Source of the DNA: Chloroflexota bacterium
Lineage (GTDB): Bacteria; Chloroflexota; Limnocylindria; Limnocylindrales; CSP1-4
Assembly: GCA_021783095.1 (NCBI GenBank)
Contig: JAJXUG010000001.1
Location: 119,570 to 183,569 of the forward strand
Reading direction: 5' to 3'
Length of the DNA stretch: 64,000 bases
The notes beneath the pieces are model-generated. The model did not search any database, was not told the origin of the DNA, and worked only from the letters and a program-made list of their open reading frames with translations. Every line of letters starts with the position of its first letter. The first letter of the stretch is position 1. Below are positions 38,474 through 48,594 of the stretch, piece after piece. Made by a program: the position numbers and the translations under genes.

Positions 38474-39712
38474 ATGCGCATCGCAGTCGTCGGGTCAGGG
38501 CTCGTCGGCCTGGCCACGGCGTATGAGCTCTCGCGCCGGGGCGCCGAGGTTGTGGTCGTCAGCGACCGCGATCCCGGCGCCGGGGCGTCGTCCAACAACG
38601 CAGGCTGGGTGGTGCCGGCCGAGAGCGGGCCGGTCCCGGGACCCGGCGTGGTGCTCCAGACCCTGCGCTGGATGGCCAAGCCCGACAGCCCGGTCTACGT
38701 GCGGCCGTCCCTCAGCCCCTCGTCCATCCGGTTCCTCACGGGGATGCTCCGCGCGTGCAACGCCGCGGCGTACGACCGGTCGTTCACCGCGACGGCAGCC
38801 CTGGCTCGCGGGACGATGGACGCGCTCGACGCCTGGGCCGCGGACGGCATGACGTTCGAGATGCACGCCCGTGGCGAGCTCCGCGCGTACATCGACCAGG
38901 CGGAGTACCGGCGCGCGGCCGCCGACCTGCCGCGGTACGAGCGCGCGGGCCTCGCCCCGGAGGCGCTCACCGGCGACGAGGCGCGGGCGGCGGTGCCGGT
39001 CCTCTCCGACGCGGTGACGGGCGCGATCCGCTTCCCGGGCGAACGCCACGTCCGACCCCAGGGGGTGGTGAACGCGCTGGCCGGCCGCGTGGCGGCACTG
39101 GGGGCGATCCAGGTTCGCGGACGCGTCACCGGCGCCTGGGCGCTGCCCTCGGGCGGGGTCGAGCTGCGCGGCGGGTTTGAGCCCGTGCGGGCGGACGTGC
39201 TGGTGATCGCTGCCGGCGCCTGGTCGGCACAGGTCGCGCGCCTGCTCGGCATCCGCCTGCCCGTCAGGCCGGGCAAGGGCTACAGCGTCGACTACACACC
39301 GGCCCAGCTCGACATGGGCCCGGTCGTGATGCTCTCCGAGGCGCACGTCGCGGTGACCCCGCTCGACGGCGGGACGCGAGTCGCCGGCACGATGGAGTTC
39401 GGGCGGCTCGACGAGACGGTCAGCCCGGTCCGCCTCCGGGCGGTTCAGCAGGCGCCGGGGCGCTACTTCCGCACGTGGGATCCGGACGCGCCGCACTCGG
39501 CCCCGTCCGCGGGCCTCCGCCCGATGATGCCCGACGGCATCGCCTGCATTGGCCGGCTCCGACCCTACCGGAACGTCTTCGTCGCCACCGGGCACGCGAT
39601 GCTGGGGCTCACCCTCGCCCCGCGCACCGCCGCCCTCCTCGCCTCGGCGATCCTCGACGACGCGGACCCCGACGAGCTGCGCCCCTTCAGCCCGGCGCGC
39701 TTCGGCGCCTGA
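38474..39712 (+). CDS. FAD-dependent oxidoreductase of the DAO family (D-amino acid dehydrogenase/glycine-sarcosine oxidase-like)
   Basis: MRIAVVGSGLVGLATAYELSRRGAEVVVV Rossmann dinucleotide fingerprint. 412 aa. GGAGGG is 10 nt upstream. Confidence 0.8.
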   Translation: MRIAVVGSGLVGLATAYELSRRGAEVVVVSDRDPGAGASSNNAGWVVPAESGPVPGPGVVLQTLRWMAKPDSPVYVRPSLSPSSIRFLTGMLRACNAAAYDRSFTATAALARGTMDALDAWAADGMTFEMHARGELRAYIDQAEYRRAAADLPRYERAGLAPEALTGDEARAAVPVLSDAVTGAIRFPGERHVRPQGVVNALAGRVAALGAIQVRGRVTGAWALPSGGVELRGGFEPVRADVLVIAAGAWSAQVARLLGIRLPVRPGKGYSVDYTPAQLDMGPVVMLSEAHVAVTPLDGGTRVAGTMEFGRLDETVSPVRLRAVQQAPGRYFRTWDPDAPHSAPSAGLRPMMPDGIACIGRLRPYRNVFVATGHAMLGLTLAPRTAALLASAILDDADPDELRPFSPARFGA

Positions 39713-39818
39713 CGGCTACAGTGCGGGGTCTGCCCGTCCGGAGGGCTTCGGCGCCCGACGCCCCGGGCCGACTGCCCTGTGCGGTGGGCGCCGAGCGAGC
39801 ATCGGCCCCGCGATCGGG

Positions 39819-40526
39819 CTAGGGGTTCCCCTCGATGGAGACGCGCTCGGGCGGTGCCGCGTCCTGGCCCCGGTCATCGACCGACCACTCGACCCGCGCC
39901 ACGACGCCCACGATCCCTGGCACTGACCGGACCACCCGCTCGACGATCGCCGCCGTGGACCGGCGGATCACCCTGCCGGTGACCGTGGCCACCCCGTCCG
40001 CGACCTCGACCTGGAACGACGACGGGTCGATCCAGAGCGCCTTCCAGAGGGCATCGCGGCGGACGTCCTGTGCCAAGTCGTCGTCGGACCTCGCCAGCGT
40101 CCGCACGACGTCGGCGCGGGCGACGATCCCGACCAGCCGCCCGCCGTCGACAACGGGGAGGCGGTTGACCTTCCGCTCGATCATCACGGCGGCCGCCTCA
40201 TGGATCGAAGCGTCGGCGCCGATCGTGATGGCCGGCGCGCTCATCGCCTGGCCGGCGGTCCTTGCCTCCGCCTTCGCGCGCAGGCTGCGCGTGTCGCGTG
40301 ACTCGCCGAAGATCCGAGCCAGTGGGCGTCGCTGCAGCGAGCCGAGACCGTGGCCCTTCACCAGGAGGTCGCCCTCGGTGACCACCCCGAGGATGGCGCC
40401 ATCCTCCCCGACTACGGGCAGACCGCTGATGCGGTGCTCGACCAGCAGCCGAGCGACCTCCTTGATCGGCATCTCCGGTGCAACCGAGATCACCGACCCG
40501 GTCATGACGTCGCGGACCGTTCTCAT
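39819..40526 (-). CDS. CBS-pair domain protein with a C-terminal BON-like domain
   Basis: Two CBS motifs (VMTGSVISVAPEMPIKEVARLLVEHRISGLPVV and AITIGADASIHEAAAVMIERKVNRLPVV). AAGGAG precedes ATG at 40526; the longer ORF is an over-extension. Confidence 0.75.
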   Translation of the reverse strand: MRTVRDVMTGSVISVAPEMPIKEVARLLVEHRISGLPVVGEDGAILGVVTEGDLLVKGHGLGSLQRRPLARIFGESRDTRSLRAKAEARTAGQAMSAPAITIGADASIHEAAAVMIERKVNRLPVVDGGRLVGIVARADVVRTLARSDDDLAQDVRRDALWKALWIDPSSFQVEVADGVATVTGRVIRRSTAAIVERVVRSVPGIVGVVARVEWSVDDRGQDAAPPERVSIEGNP

Positions 40527-40816
40527 GGCGATCGTGACTCCTTTGCCGGCGCCGCTCGTGTCGGCCGGCTGCCGGATGGCGCCGCGGCCGGACGGCGGGG
40601 ACTGCGCGGCGCGCAGTCGCGTGCGTGCCTCGTGGGCGCTGCCTTGTCCGAGCTGAACCCTGTAGGAGTGAGGATCCGGGGTCGCACCGACGCCTCGCCA
40701 CGGCGGAAGGTCACCGACCCGCGTGACACAATCCACGCCCACCACGGGCTTGGCGCACACGATCCGGCGCCGATCGGCCCGGTCGCGGATCGCCGGCCGC
40801 CAGCACGCGAAGCCGG

Positions 40817-43333
40817 TCAACCGCGCATGCGCAGGTTGTCGGGGTCGAAGACCGGGGTGGCACCCACCGCCGCCACCGAGACCGGATACAGCTCGCCGAT
40901 GTACTCGACGGCCAGCGGCCGCCCCACGACGGCATCATCGACCGGGAGGTATGCCATGAGCAGGTGCCTGCCCACCGATGGCCCCGATGCGGTGGTGGTC
41001 ACGAATGAGCGGCGGCCGCGCCGGTCGACCAGGACCGAGCCGTCGGGTCGGCAGATCGGCTCGCGGCCGAGCATGAACCGCCGTTCCCCGGACGCCGAGG
41101 TGTGGTCCTCCACTGCAAGCGTGCACAGCAGGCTCGCCGGCCCCTCGGCACGTTGCGCGAGGTAAGCCGCCCTGCCGATGAAGTCGGCCGCCTTGACGCG
41201 TGGCCGGGCGAGACCGGCCTCGACGAGGTTCCGGTCCAGCTCGAGATCGCTGCCCATGAGGCGGTAGCCCTTCTCCACCCGCAGGGTCCCGCCGTAGGCG
41301 GCGAGGCCGACTGGCGCGATCCCGTGGGCCCTCCCCGCCGCCATGAGGATGTCCCACAGCCGGGCGCCCTGCTCCGTCGGGACGTGCAGCTCCCAGCCCA
41401 GTTCGCCGACATAGCTGATCCGCGCGGCCAGCACCCGCACCGACTCAACGTCGATCGGCAGGCAGCTGCCGTACGGCAGAGCGGCATCGGACACGTCGTC
41501 GGCCGTCACAGAGGCGACCACGTCGCGGGCGCGCGGTCCCCAGATGGCGATCATCGTGAAGGCTGACGTGAGGTCTGCGAAGGTGACGCCCCCGCCCCCC
41601 GGGAGGTGGTCCGTCAGCCACTTCGCGTCGGCGCGGCCAGCGAAGCCGGCGTCCACGATCCTGAAGTGGTCGTGGCCGAGCCGCATGATCGTCACGTCGG
41701 CCTTGATCCCGCCGGCATCGTTGAGCAGCTGCGTGTAGACGAGGCGCCCCACGGGAACGTCGACCTGGCCGACCACCATGTGCTGCAGCCAGTCGAGCCC
41801 GCCGGGACCAGACACGTCGAACTCGGCGAACGCGGGGTTCTCGATGAGGCCAACGCGCTCGCGGAGCGCGAGGTGCTCAGCGTTGACGATCGGCGACCAC
41901 CACCGCCGGTCCCACTCGTGCGATCGGTCCATCACCCGGTCGCCGAACTCCTCGAGCAGCGGGGCGTTGCTGCGGTACCAGTTGGGCCGCTCCCAGCCTG
42001 AGATCTCCACGAACTCGCCGCCGAGGGCGACGTGCCGGTCGTGGGCGGCGCCGAGCCGCACGTTGCGGTCCGTCGCCCACTGCTCGAAGGGGTGCACGAT
42101 GCCGTAGAACTTGGGGAACAGCTCACCCACCCGGTGCTCGACGTGGTAGCGCGTCTTCTGCGTGTCGGAGAAGCGGGCGATGTTGACCGACGCCGGGTCC
42201 ATCTCGGGCTTGCCGTCGGTCATCCACTCCGCGAGCATCCGGACGATGGACGGAGCCTCCTTGATCCAGACGGCCGCGCACGCCCAGAGCCCCTTGACCT
42301 CCGGCGTCTCGCCGAGCAGGGACATCCCGTCCGGCGTGAACGACATGAGGCCGTTGATGGCGTGCTTGATGCCCACCCTCTCGTCGCCCACGATCGTGGG
42401 GTAGAGCTCGAGCACCGTCTCCACGTACGGGTCGAAGTGCTCCGAGGTGAAGGGCAGCTCGGTCGGGGACATCAGCGCTTGGTCGTTGGACGGGATGTCC
42501 TCCGGCTGCACCACGAGCGCCTCGTGCGCGTACGACCCGATCTCGAGGTCCGCGCCGCTCTGGCGCGCGTACATCTTGGCGTCCATGTCGCGGACCACCG
42601 GGTAGGCCAGCGGGTTGTCCAGCGCCGCGAACTCGGGCACCGGCCCGATGTCCACCATCTGGTGGACGGCCGGCACGAGCGGGATGGTGGCGCCCGCCAT
42701 TGCGGCGACCTTGCGGCTCCAGACGCCGCCGCACACGACGACCACGTCCGCGTGGACCGTGCCTCGGGTTGTCCGGACCGCGGTGATCCGGCCATCCGTG
42801 ACGTCGAGGCCCGTGACCTCCGTGTTGGCGAAGCTCCGCAGCGCCCCGAGCTCCATGGCCTTCTCGCGATACAGCGTGCCGGCGTGGAGCGGGTCAACGA
42901 CGCCGACATCGGGCGTGTGGAAGCCCCCGAGGATCCTGGACTCGTCCATGTACGGGACGAGCGCCTTGACCCGAGCCGGGTCCAGCACCTCAGCGTCGAC
43001 GCCCCAGCTGTGGGCCAGCGCAAGTCGCCGGTAGAGCTCGTGCATGCGCTCGCGCGTCCGGGCGATCTCGATGCCGCCGGTGCGCGTGAACGTGCCGAGG
43101 TCCTCGAACTCGCAAATGCTCTCGATGGACCAGATCGAGGTCTGGCGCGAGTGGTCCACCGCGAACGTGAAGGACGAGGCGTGGCCGGTGGACCCGCCCG
43201 GGTTCGGGAGCGGACCCTTGTCCACCTGGACGATGTCCCGCCAGCCGAGCCGGGCGAGGTGCCACGCCAAGCCGTTGCCGACGATGCCGGCCCCAATGAC
43301 CACCACCCGTGCCCGAACCGGAAGCTCGCTCAT
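40817..43333 (-). CDS. Dimethylglycine/sarcosine dehydrogenase family protein (FAD plus GcvT-like domain), paralogue 2
   Basis: MSELPVRARVVVIGAGIVGNGLAWHLARLGW...GGSTGHASSF, 838 aa. Start at 43333 with GGAG upstream; the 946-aa ORF is over-extended. Confidence 0.85.
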   Translation of the reverse strand: MSELPVRARVVVIGAGIVGNGLAWHLARLGWRDIVQVDKGPLPNPGGSTGHASSFTFAVDHSRQTSIWSIESICEFEDLGTFTRTGGIEIARTRERMHELYRRLALAHSWGVDAEVLDPARVKALVPYMDESRILGGFHTPDVGVVDPLHAGTLYREKAMELGALRSFANTEVTGLDVTDGRITAVRTTRGTVHADVVVVCGGVWSRKVAAMAGATIPLVPAVHQMVDIGPVPEFAALDNPLAYPVVRDMDAKMYARQSGADLEIGSYAHEALVVQPEDIPSNDQALMSPTELPFTSEHFDPYVETVLELYPTIVGDERVGIKHAINGLMSFTPDGMSLLGETPEVKGLWACAAVWIKEAPSIVRMLAEWMTDGKPEMDPASVNIARFSDTQKTRYHVEHRVGELFPKFYGIVHPFEQWATDRNVRLGAAHDRHVALGGEFVEISGWERPNWYRSNAPLLEEFGDRVMDRSHEWDRRWWSPIVNAEHLALRERVGLIENPAFAEFDVSGPGGLDWLQHMVVGQVDVPVGRLVYTQLLNDAGGIKADVTIMRLGHDHFRIVDAGFAGRADAKWLTDHLPGGGGVTFADLTSAFTMIAIWGPRARDVVASVTADDVSDAALPYGSCLPIDVESVRVLAARISYVGELGWELHVPTEQGARLWDILMAAGRAHGIAPVGLAAYGGTLRVEKGYRLMGSDLELDRNLVEAGLARPRVKAADFIGRAAYLAQRAEGPASLLCTLAVEDHTSASGERRFMLGREPICRPDGSVLVDRRGRRSFVTTTASGPSVGRHLLMAYLPVDDAVVGRPLAVEYIGELYPVSVAAVGATPVFDPDNLRMRG

Positions 43334-43412
43334 CGTGACTCCGTGGCAATTCTGGCGCAAGATCGGCTGCTTCCGCCGAGCGCCTCGCGGGGATTCTGCG
43401 CCGTCGGCCGTG

Positions 43413-45827
43413 TCAAGCCCGCACACGCTCGTTCGCCGCGTCCCAGACCGGCGCCGCCAGGACCGTCGCCCGGCGGCGGTCCCCGAGCAGCGCGATCTCG
43501 AGCGCCGTGCCGGGCGCCTCGTGCCCGCTCGCGACGTACGCGAACGCGAGGCTCCGGCCCGTCGCATGGCCATACCCGCCCGAGGTCGTGACCCCGATCG
43601 GGTCCCCGCCCGCGAACACGGGCTCGCCACCGGCCACGTCGAAGTCGAGCGCGTCAACCTCGAGGTAGACGAGGTGCGTGGTCGCGCCGGCGGCCAGCGC
43701 CGCCTCGAGCGCCGCGCGACCCGTGAAGGCGTGGTCGAGCTTCACGAAGCGCATCGTGTCCGCCTCGACCGGGGTGGCCTCGTTGGTGAGCTCGACGCCC
43801 CAGCCCTTGTAGGCCTTCTCCAGCCTGAGGCTGTTCATGGCGTACAGGCCGAAGTCCGCGATCCCCACCGGCTGGCCCGCGGCCCAGATGGCGTCGTAGA
43901 GCGCCGGGGCGCTGGCCATCGGGACGTGGAGCTCCCAGCCCAGCTCGCCCACGTAGTTCACCCGCAGCGCCTTGACGGGGACGCCGGCGACCTCGATCTC
44001 GCGGCCGGTCAGCCACGGGAATGCCGCGGTGGCGAGGTCGGCGGCCGTGAGCGGCGCGAGCAGATCCCGCGAGCGTGGGCCGGCCACGATGAGCGTGGTG
44101 AAGTCCTCGGTCCGGTCGGTGATCTCGACATCCTCGCCGGCCAGGATGGCCGAGCGCAGCAGGTCGAGGTCGCGCTGGTGCGCCGTGGCGCCCGAGAGCA
44201 GGAAGAACCGGTCCGGGGCGAGGCGGGTGATCGTGGTTTCGGTGGCGAAGCGGCCGTTGGCCGAGAGCGCATGGGCCAGCACGATCCCGCCCAGCTTGGG
44301 CATCCGGTTGGCGTAGACGCGGTTGAGGAGCGCCTCCGCGTCGGCCCCGCGGACGCCGTACGTGGCGAACGACGGCAGCTCCATCACGCCCACGCGCTCG
44401 CGGACCGCGGCGCACTCGACGGCCACGACGTCGAAGACGTTGTTCCGGCGGAAGGTGCCGTCCTCGTCGCGTCCGTCGAGGCTGAACCACTTCGGCCGCT
44501 CCCAGCCGAAGCCCTCGGTGAACACGCAGCCCTTGGCGGCCAGGCGCTCGAACAGCGGACTCCTCTTCGCGGGCCGGCCCTCCGGGCGCTCCTCGCCGGG
44601 TGGGATCAGCCGGTACATGTCCCAGTACTCGCGGTGGGCCTTCGCCTGGACGTAGGCCTTGTCGGCGTATCTGCCGTATCGGCGCGGGTCCATGCCCAGC
44701 ATGTTCACCTCGGCGTCGCCGTGGACCATCTGCTGGGCGAGGAAGCGCCCGCAGCCCGGCCCCTGCGCGATGCCGATGCCGGTCCCGGTGGCGAGCCAGA
44801 AGTTGCGCACGCCGGGCGCCGGCCCGACGAGCGGGTTGCTGTCGGGCGTGTGGCTGATGGCGCCGTTGACCACGCGCTTGATGCCCGCCTCGGCGAGGAT
44901 CGGCATCCGCTCCATGACGCGCTCGAGGTTGGGCAGGATGCGGTCCAGCTGCGGCTCGAACAGCTCGTGGTCGGACTCCCACGGCGGGGTCTGGCCGCCC
45001 CAGCCCTCCTCGGTGTCGTGGTCCTCGTAGATCCCGATGAGCGCCGACTTCTGCTCCTCGCGGTAGTACGAGGAGGCCCACGGGTCGCGCATGACGGGGA
45101 TCTCGCCGGGGCGGTCGAGGAACTCCCTGACGGGGCCGGTGACCACGTACTGGTGCTTGATGTTGGCGAACTGCGTCGAGACGTCCAGCCAGGCCGACAC
45201 CTTGTCGGCGTAGCAGCCCGCGGCATTGACCACGTGCTCTGCCGTGATGTCGCCCAGCTCTGTGCGGACGCGGAACTCGCCGGACGCCAGGCGCTCGATG
45301 CCGAGCGCCCGATTATGACGCGTGATCGTGGCGCCGAGCCCGCGCGACAGCTTCGACATCGCGTTGCAGGCGGAACTCGGGTCCACGTACCCGTCGTCGA
45401 GCGTCCACGCCCCGGCGAGCACGCCCTCGGTGGTGACGAACGGGTTGATCCGGCGAATCTCGTCCGGCCCGACGACCTGCATGCGGAATCCCATGAGGGC
45501 GGCGACGCCCTCGACCCGCTTGAAGTGATCGAGCTCCATCTGGTTCATGGCGAACCGGATGCCGCCGCTCGCGTGCCAGCCGGTGGCCTCGCCGGTCATC
45601 CCCTCGAGCTTGGCGTACAGGTCGTTCGAGTAGGCGTGGACCTTGGCGAGGGTGTAGTTGGCGATGAACGAGGGGCACTGACCCGCCGCGTGCCAAGTCG
45701 AGCCCGACGTGAGCTCGCCCTTCTCGATCAGCACGGTGTCGGTCCAGCCCTCGAGCGCGAGCCCGTACTGGAGACTGATCCCCATGACGCCACCGCCGAC
45801 GATGACGACGCGCGCCCGGTCCTGCAC
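43413..45827 (-). CDS. Dimethylglycine/sarcosine dehydrogenase family protein (FAD plus GcvT-like domain), paralogue 3
   Basis: MQDRARVVIVGGGVMGISLQYGLALEGW...SGSTWHAAG, 804 aa. A very strong SD GGAGGAGGAGG lies immediately upstream of ATG 45827. Confidence 0.85.
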   Translation of the reverse strand: MQDRARVVIVGGGVMGISLQYGLALEGWTDTVLIEKGELTSGSTWHAAGQCPSFIANYTLAKVHAYSNDLYAKLEGMTGEATGWHASGGIRFAMNQMELDHFKRVEGVAALMGFRMQVVGPDEIRRINPFVTTEGVLAGAWTLDDGYVDPSSACNAMSKLSRGLGATITRHNRALGIERLASGEFRVRTELGDITAEHVVNAAGCYADKVSAWLDVSTQFANIKHQYVVTGPVREFLDRPGEIPVMRDPWASSYYREEQKSALIGIYEDHDTEEGWGGQTPPWESDHELFEPQLDRILPNLERVMERMPILAEAGIKRVVNGAISHTPDSNPLVGPAPGVRNFWLATGTGIGIAQGPGCGRFLAQQMVHGDAEVNMLGMDPRRYGRYADKAYVQAKAHREYWDMYRLIPPGEERPEGRPAKRSPLFERLAAKGCVFTEGFGWERPKWFSLDGRDEDGTFRRNNVFDVVAVECAAVRERVGVMELPSFATYGVRGADAEALLNRVYANRMPKLGGIVLAHALSANGRFATETTITRLAPDRFFLLSGATAHQRDLDLLRSAILAGEDVEITDRTEDFTTLIVAGPRSRDLLAPLTAADLATAAFPWLTGREIEVAGVPVKALRVNYVGELGWELHVPMASAPALYDAIWAAGQPVGIADFGLYAMNSLRLEKAYKGWGVELTNEATPVEADTMRFVKLDHAFTGRAALEAALAAGATTHLVYLEVDALDFDVAGGEPVFAGGDPIGVTTSGGYGHATGRSLAFAYVASGHEAPGTALEIALLGDRRRATVLAAPVWDAANERVRA

Positions 45828-45875
45828 GGTGCCTCCTCCTCCCGCGCGCGGGCGGGTTCCTCGTCGCCCCTGTGC

Positions 45876-48365
45876 TCAGGCGCGAATGCGGGCGTTGGTG
45901 GGGTCGTACGGCGCCCGGAGCGATGCCCTGGCGCCGAAGCGCTCCGTCCCGATCTCGAGCTCATAACGGCCGGCCGCGATCCAGTCCGCGGTCACCGGAC
46001 CGTCCTTGCGCCTGACGTAGCCCAGACCGATCGACCGCCCCAGTGTGTGCCCGAACATCGCCGACGTGATCCAGCCGACGAGCTCCCCATCGCGCCAGAT
46101 GGGCTCGTTGTGGTACATGAGCGGCTCCGGGTCGTCGAGGACGAAGACTGTCAGCCGCCGGGTCGCACCTGCCTCGCGCTGGAGCAGGAGGGCCTCACGG
46201 CCGATGAAGCCCCCGGGCTTGTCCCACGCGGCGGTGAAGGCGAGGCCAGCCTCGACGAGGGTGTCCTCGTCGCTCATGTCGTGACCCCAGTGGCGGTACG
46301 CCTTCTCGATGCGCAGGCTGTTGAGCGCGTGGTAGCCAGCGTGCCTGAGCCCAAATGGCGCGCCCGCCTCGACGACGGCGTCGTACACGTGGGTCGCGAA
46401 CTCGCTCGGGACGTACAGCTCCCACCCCAGCTCACCCACATAGGTGGTGCGGGCGGCGCGGGCGAACGCGTAGCCGAGGTCGATCTCGCGGGCGGCACCG
46501 AAGGGGAACGCGGCGTTCGACAGGTCGGCATCGGTCATTGACGCCAGGAGCTCGCGCGAACGCGGCCCCATGACGCCGATGACGGTCTCGCCGGACGTGA
46601 CGTCGGTGACGACCACCCGCGCGTCGGGGTGGATGCTGCGGCGCAGCCAGTCCTGGTCGCGGACGGTCTGCGTGCCCGTCGTCACGACCAGGAACCGGTC
46701 CTCGGCGAGCCTGGTCACGGTCACGTCGGCCTCGACCCCGCCCCGCTCGTTGCACCACTGGGAGTACACGATCCGCCCGGGCTCGACGTCGACGTCGGCG
46801 GTGCAGACGCGGTTGAGCTCGCGCGCGGCGTCGCGGCCGGCCACCAGCACCTTGCCGAAGCTGGTCTGGTCGAACAGCGCCACGCTCTCGCGCGTCGCGC
46901 GGTGCTCCTCGGCCGAGTGCGGGAACCAGTTCTGGCGCCCGTAGCTGTACTCGTAGCGGGGCTCGACGCCGTCGGGCGCATACCAATTGGCGCGCTCCCA
47001 GCCGGCCACCTCGCCGAAGCAGGCGCCCCGGGCTGCGAGCCGGTCGTGGAGCGTCGAGCGGCGGATGCCGCGGGCGGTCTCGACCTGACGGAACGGCCAG
47101 TGCATCTCGTAGAGCAGCCCGAGGGTCTCGGTCGTACGCTCGTACAGGTAGCGGCGGTTGCGCTGGAACGGCATGAACCGCCGGATGTCAACCTCCCACA
47201 GGTCCATCGGCGGGCGGCCGTCCACCACCCAGTCGGCCACGGCCCTCCCCGCGCCGCCGCCCGACGCGAAGCCGACCGAGTTGAACCCGGCCGCGACGAA
47301 GTAGCCCGGGAGCTGCGGCGCCTCGCCGAGGATGTAGCGGTCGTCGGGCGTGAAGCTCTCGGGCCCGTTGAAGAACAGCTGGATGCCGACCTGGCCGAAC
47401 ACGGGCAGCCGCTTGGCGGCCTTGACGATGTACGGCTCGAGGTGGTCCCAGTCCTGGGGCAGGGTCAGGAACTCGGCGTCCTCGGGGATGCCCTCGGTCG
47501 CCCACGGCTTCGCGCCCGGCTCGAAGAAGCCGATCATGAGCTTGCCGGCCTCGTTGCGCGCGTACGCCTGCTCGTCGGGCATCCGCAGGGCGGGAAGGTC
47601 CGGGGTGAGCTGCTCGATGGGCTCGGTGATCAGGTAGAAGTGCTCCGCGGCGTGGAGCGGGACGACGACGTCGTCCTGACCGGCCAGCTGCCGCGCCCAC
47701 ATGCCCGTGCAGTTGACGACGACCTCGCAGTCGATCGTCCCGCGGTCCGTCTCCACCCCCGCCACGCGCCCGTCGCGCTGGATGATCCGCGTCGCCTTGG
47801 TGTTCTCGAAGACGAGTGCGCCGGCCATCTTCGCCGCCTTGGCGAGCGCCATCGTGGTGTCGGTCGGGTTCGCCACGCCATCGCCGGGGATGAACGCGGC
47901 GCCGATGATCCCCTCGGTGTTGAGCAGCGGCCACATCTCGCCTAGGCGCTCGGGGCCGATGAACTCCATGTCCACGTTCTGGAGCCGGGCCATCGACGCG
48001 TTCCGCCGGATCTCGTCCCAGCGCCCTGGCGTGTGCGCCACGAGCACCGATCCCGTCTGGATAAACCCCGTGCTGTCCCCCGTCTGGCGCTCGAGCTCAC
48101 GGAACAGGTCCTTCGCGTAACTCGCGAGGACCGTCATGTTGTAGGTCGCCCGGAGCTGTCCGACGAGGCCGGCTGCGTGCCAGGTCGTTCCGCTCGTCAG
48201 GCGCTTGCGCTCGAGCAGCACGACGTCCTTCCATCCCCGCTGCGTGAGGTGGAAGAGCACGCTCGTCCCGACGATGCCGCCACCGATGACGACGACACGG
48301 GCCTGCTTGGGGAACGCGGGCGCGCCGGCGCCCCCGGCAATGGCGGTGGGCGACCCGTCCGACAT
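45876..48365 (-). CDS. Dimethylglycine/sarcosine dehydrogenase family protein (FAD plus GcvT-like domain), paralogue 4
   Basis: ARVVVIGGGIVGTSVLFHLTQRGW...SGTTWHAAG, 829 aa from MSDGSP (48365) with GAGGAG 9 nt upstream. Confidence 0.85.
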   Translation of the reverse strand: MSDGSPTAIAGGAGAPAFPKQARVVVIGGGIVGTSVLFHLTQRGWKDVVLLERKRLTSGTTWHAAGLVGQLRATYNMTVLASYAKDLFRELERQTGDSTGFIQTGSVLVAHTPGRWDEIRRNASMARLQNVDMEFIGPERLGEMWPLLNTEGIIGAAFIPGDGVANPTDTTMALAKAAKMAGALVFENTKATRIIQRDGRVAGVETDRGTIDCEVVVNCTGMWARQLAGQDDVVVPLHAAEHFYLITEPIEQLTPDLPALRMPDEQAYARNEAGKLMIGFFEPGAKPWATEGIPEDAEFLTLPQDWDHLEPYIVKAAKRLPVFGQVGIQLFFNGPESFTPDDRYILGEAPQLPGYFVAAGFNSVGFASGGGAGRAVADWVVDGRPPMDLWEVDIRRFMPFQRNRRYLYERTTETLGLLYEMHWPFRQVETARGIRRSTLHDRLAARGACFGEVAGWERANWYAPDGVEPRYEYSYGRQNWFPHSAEEHRATRESVALFDQTSFGKVLVAGRDAARELNRVCTADVDVEPGRIVYSQWCNERGGVEADVTVTRLAEDRFLVVTTGTQTVRDQDWLRRSIHPDARVVVTDVTSGETVIGVMGPRSRELLASMTDADLSNAAFPFGAAREIDLGYAFARAARTTYVGELGWELYVPSEFATHVYDAVVEAGAPFGLRHAGYHALNSLRIEKAYRHWGHDMSDEDTLVEAGLAFTAAWDKPGGFIGREALLLQREAGATRRLTVFVLDDPEPLMYHNEPIWRDGELVGWITSAMFGHTLGRSIGLGYVRRKDGPVTADWIAAGRYELEIGTERFGARASLRAPYDPTNARIRA

Positions 48366-48594
48366 CCTGGTCGACTCCTCTGCGTGCGCGTGGGCGTTCG
48401 CCTGTGGGCGGCGGTCCTCGGTGGACCTGGTCAGTGGCGACGCTGGCGGGCGTCCTCGTTGTGGCGCCGCGCGCGAGACCGGGATCATAACATCGCAATA
48501 TTACGAATTCACAGCCGTTGCGCGCGGGGGGCGGCAGGATCGGGACACCAGCTCCCCGCGCTCGTCATGCACCCGAGCTCAAAGCCGTGCGGCG

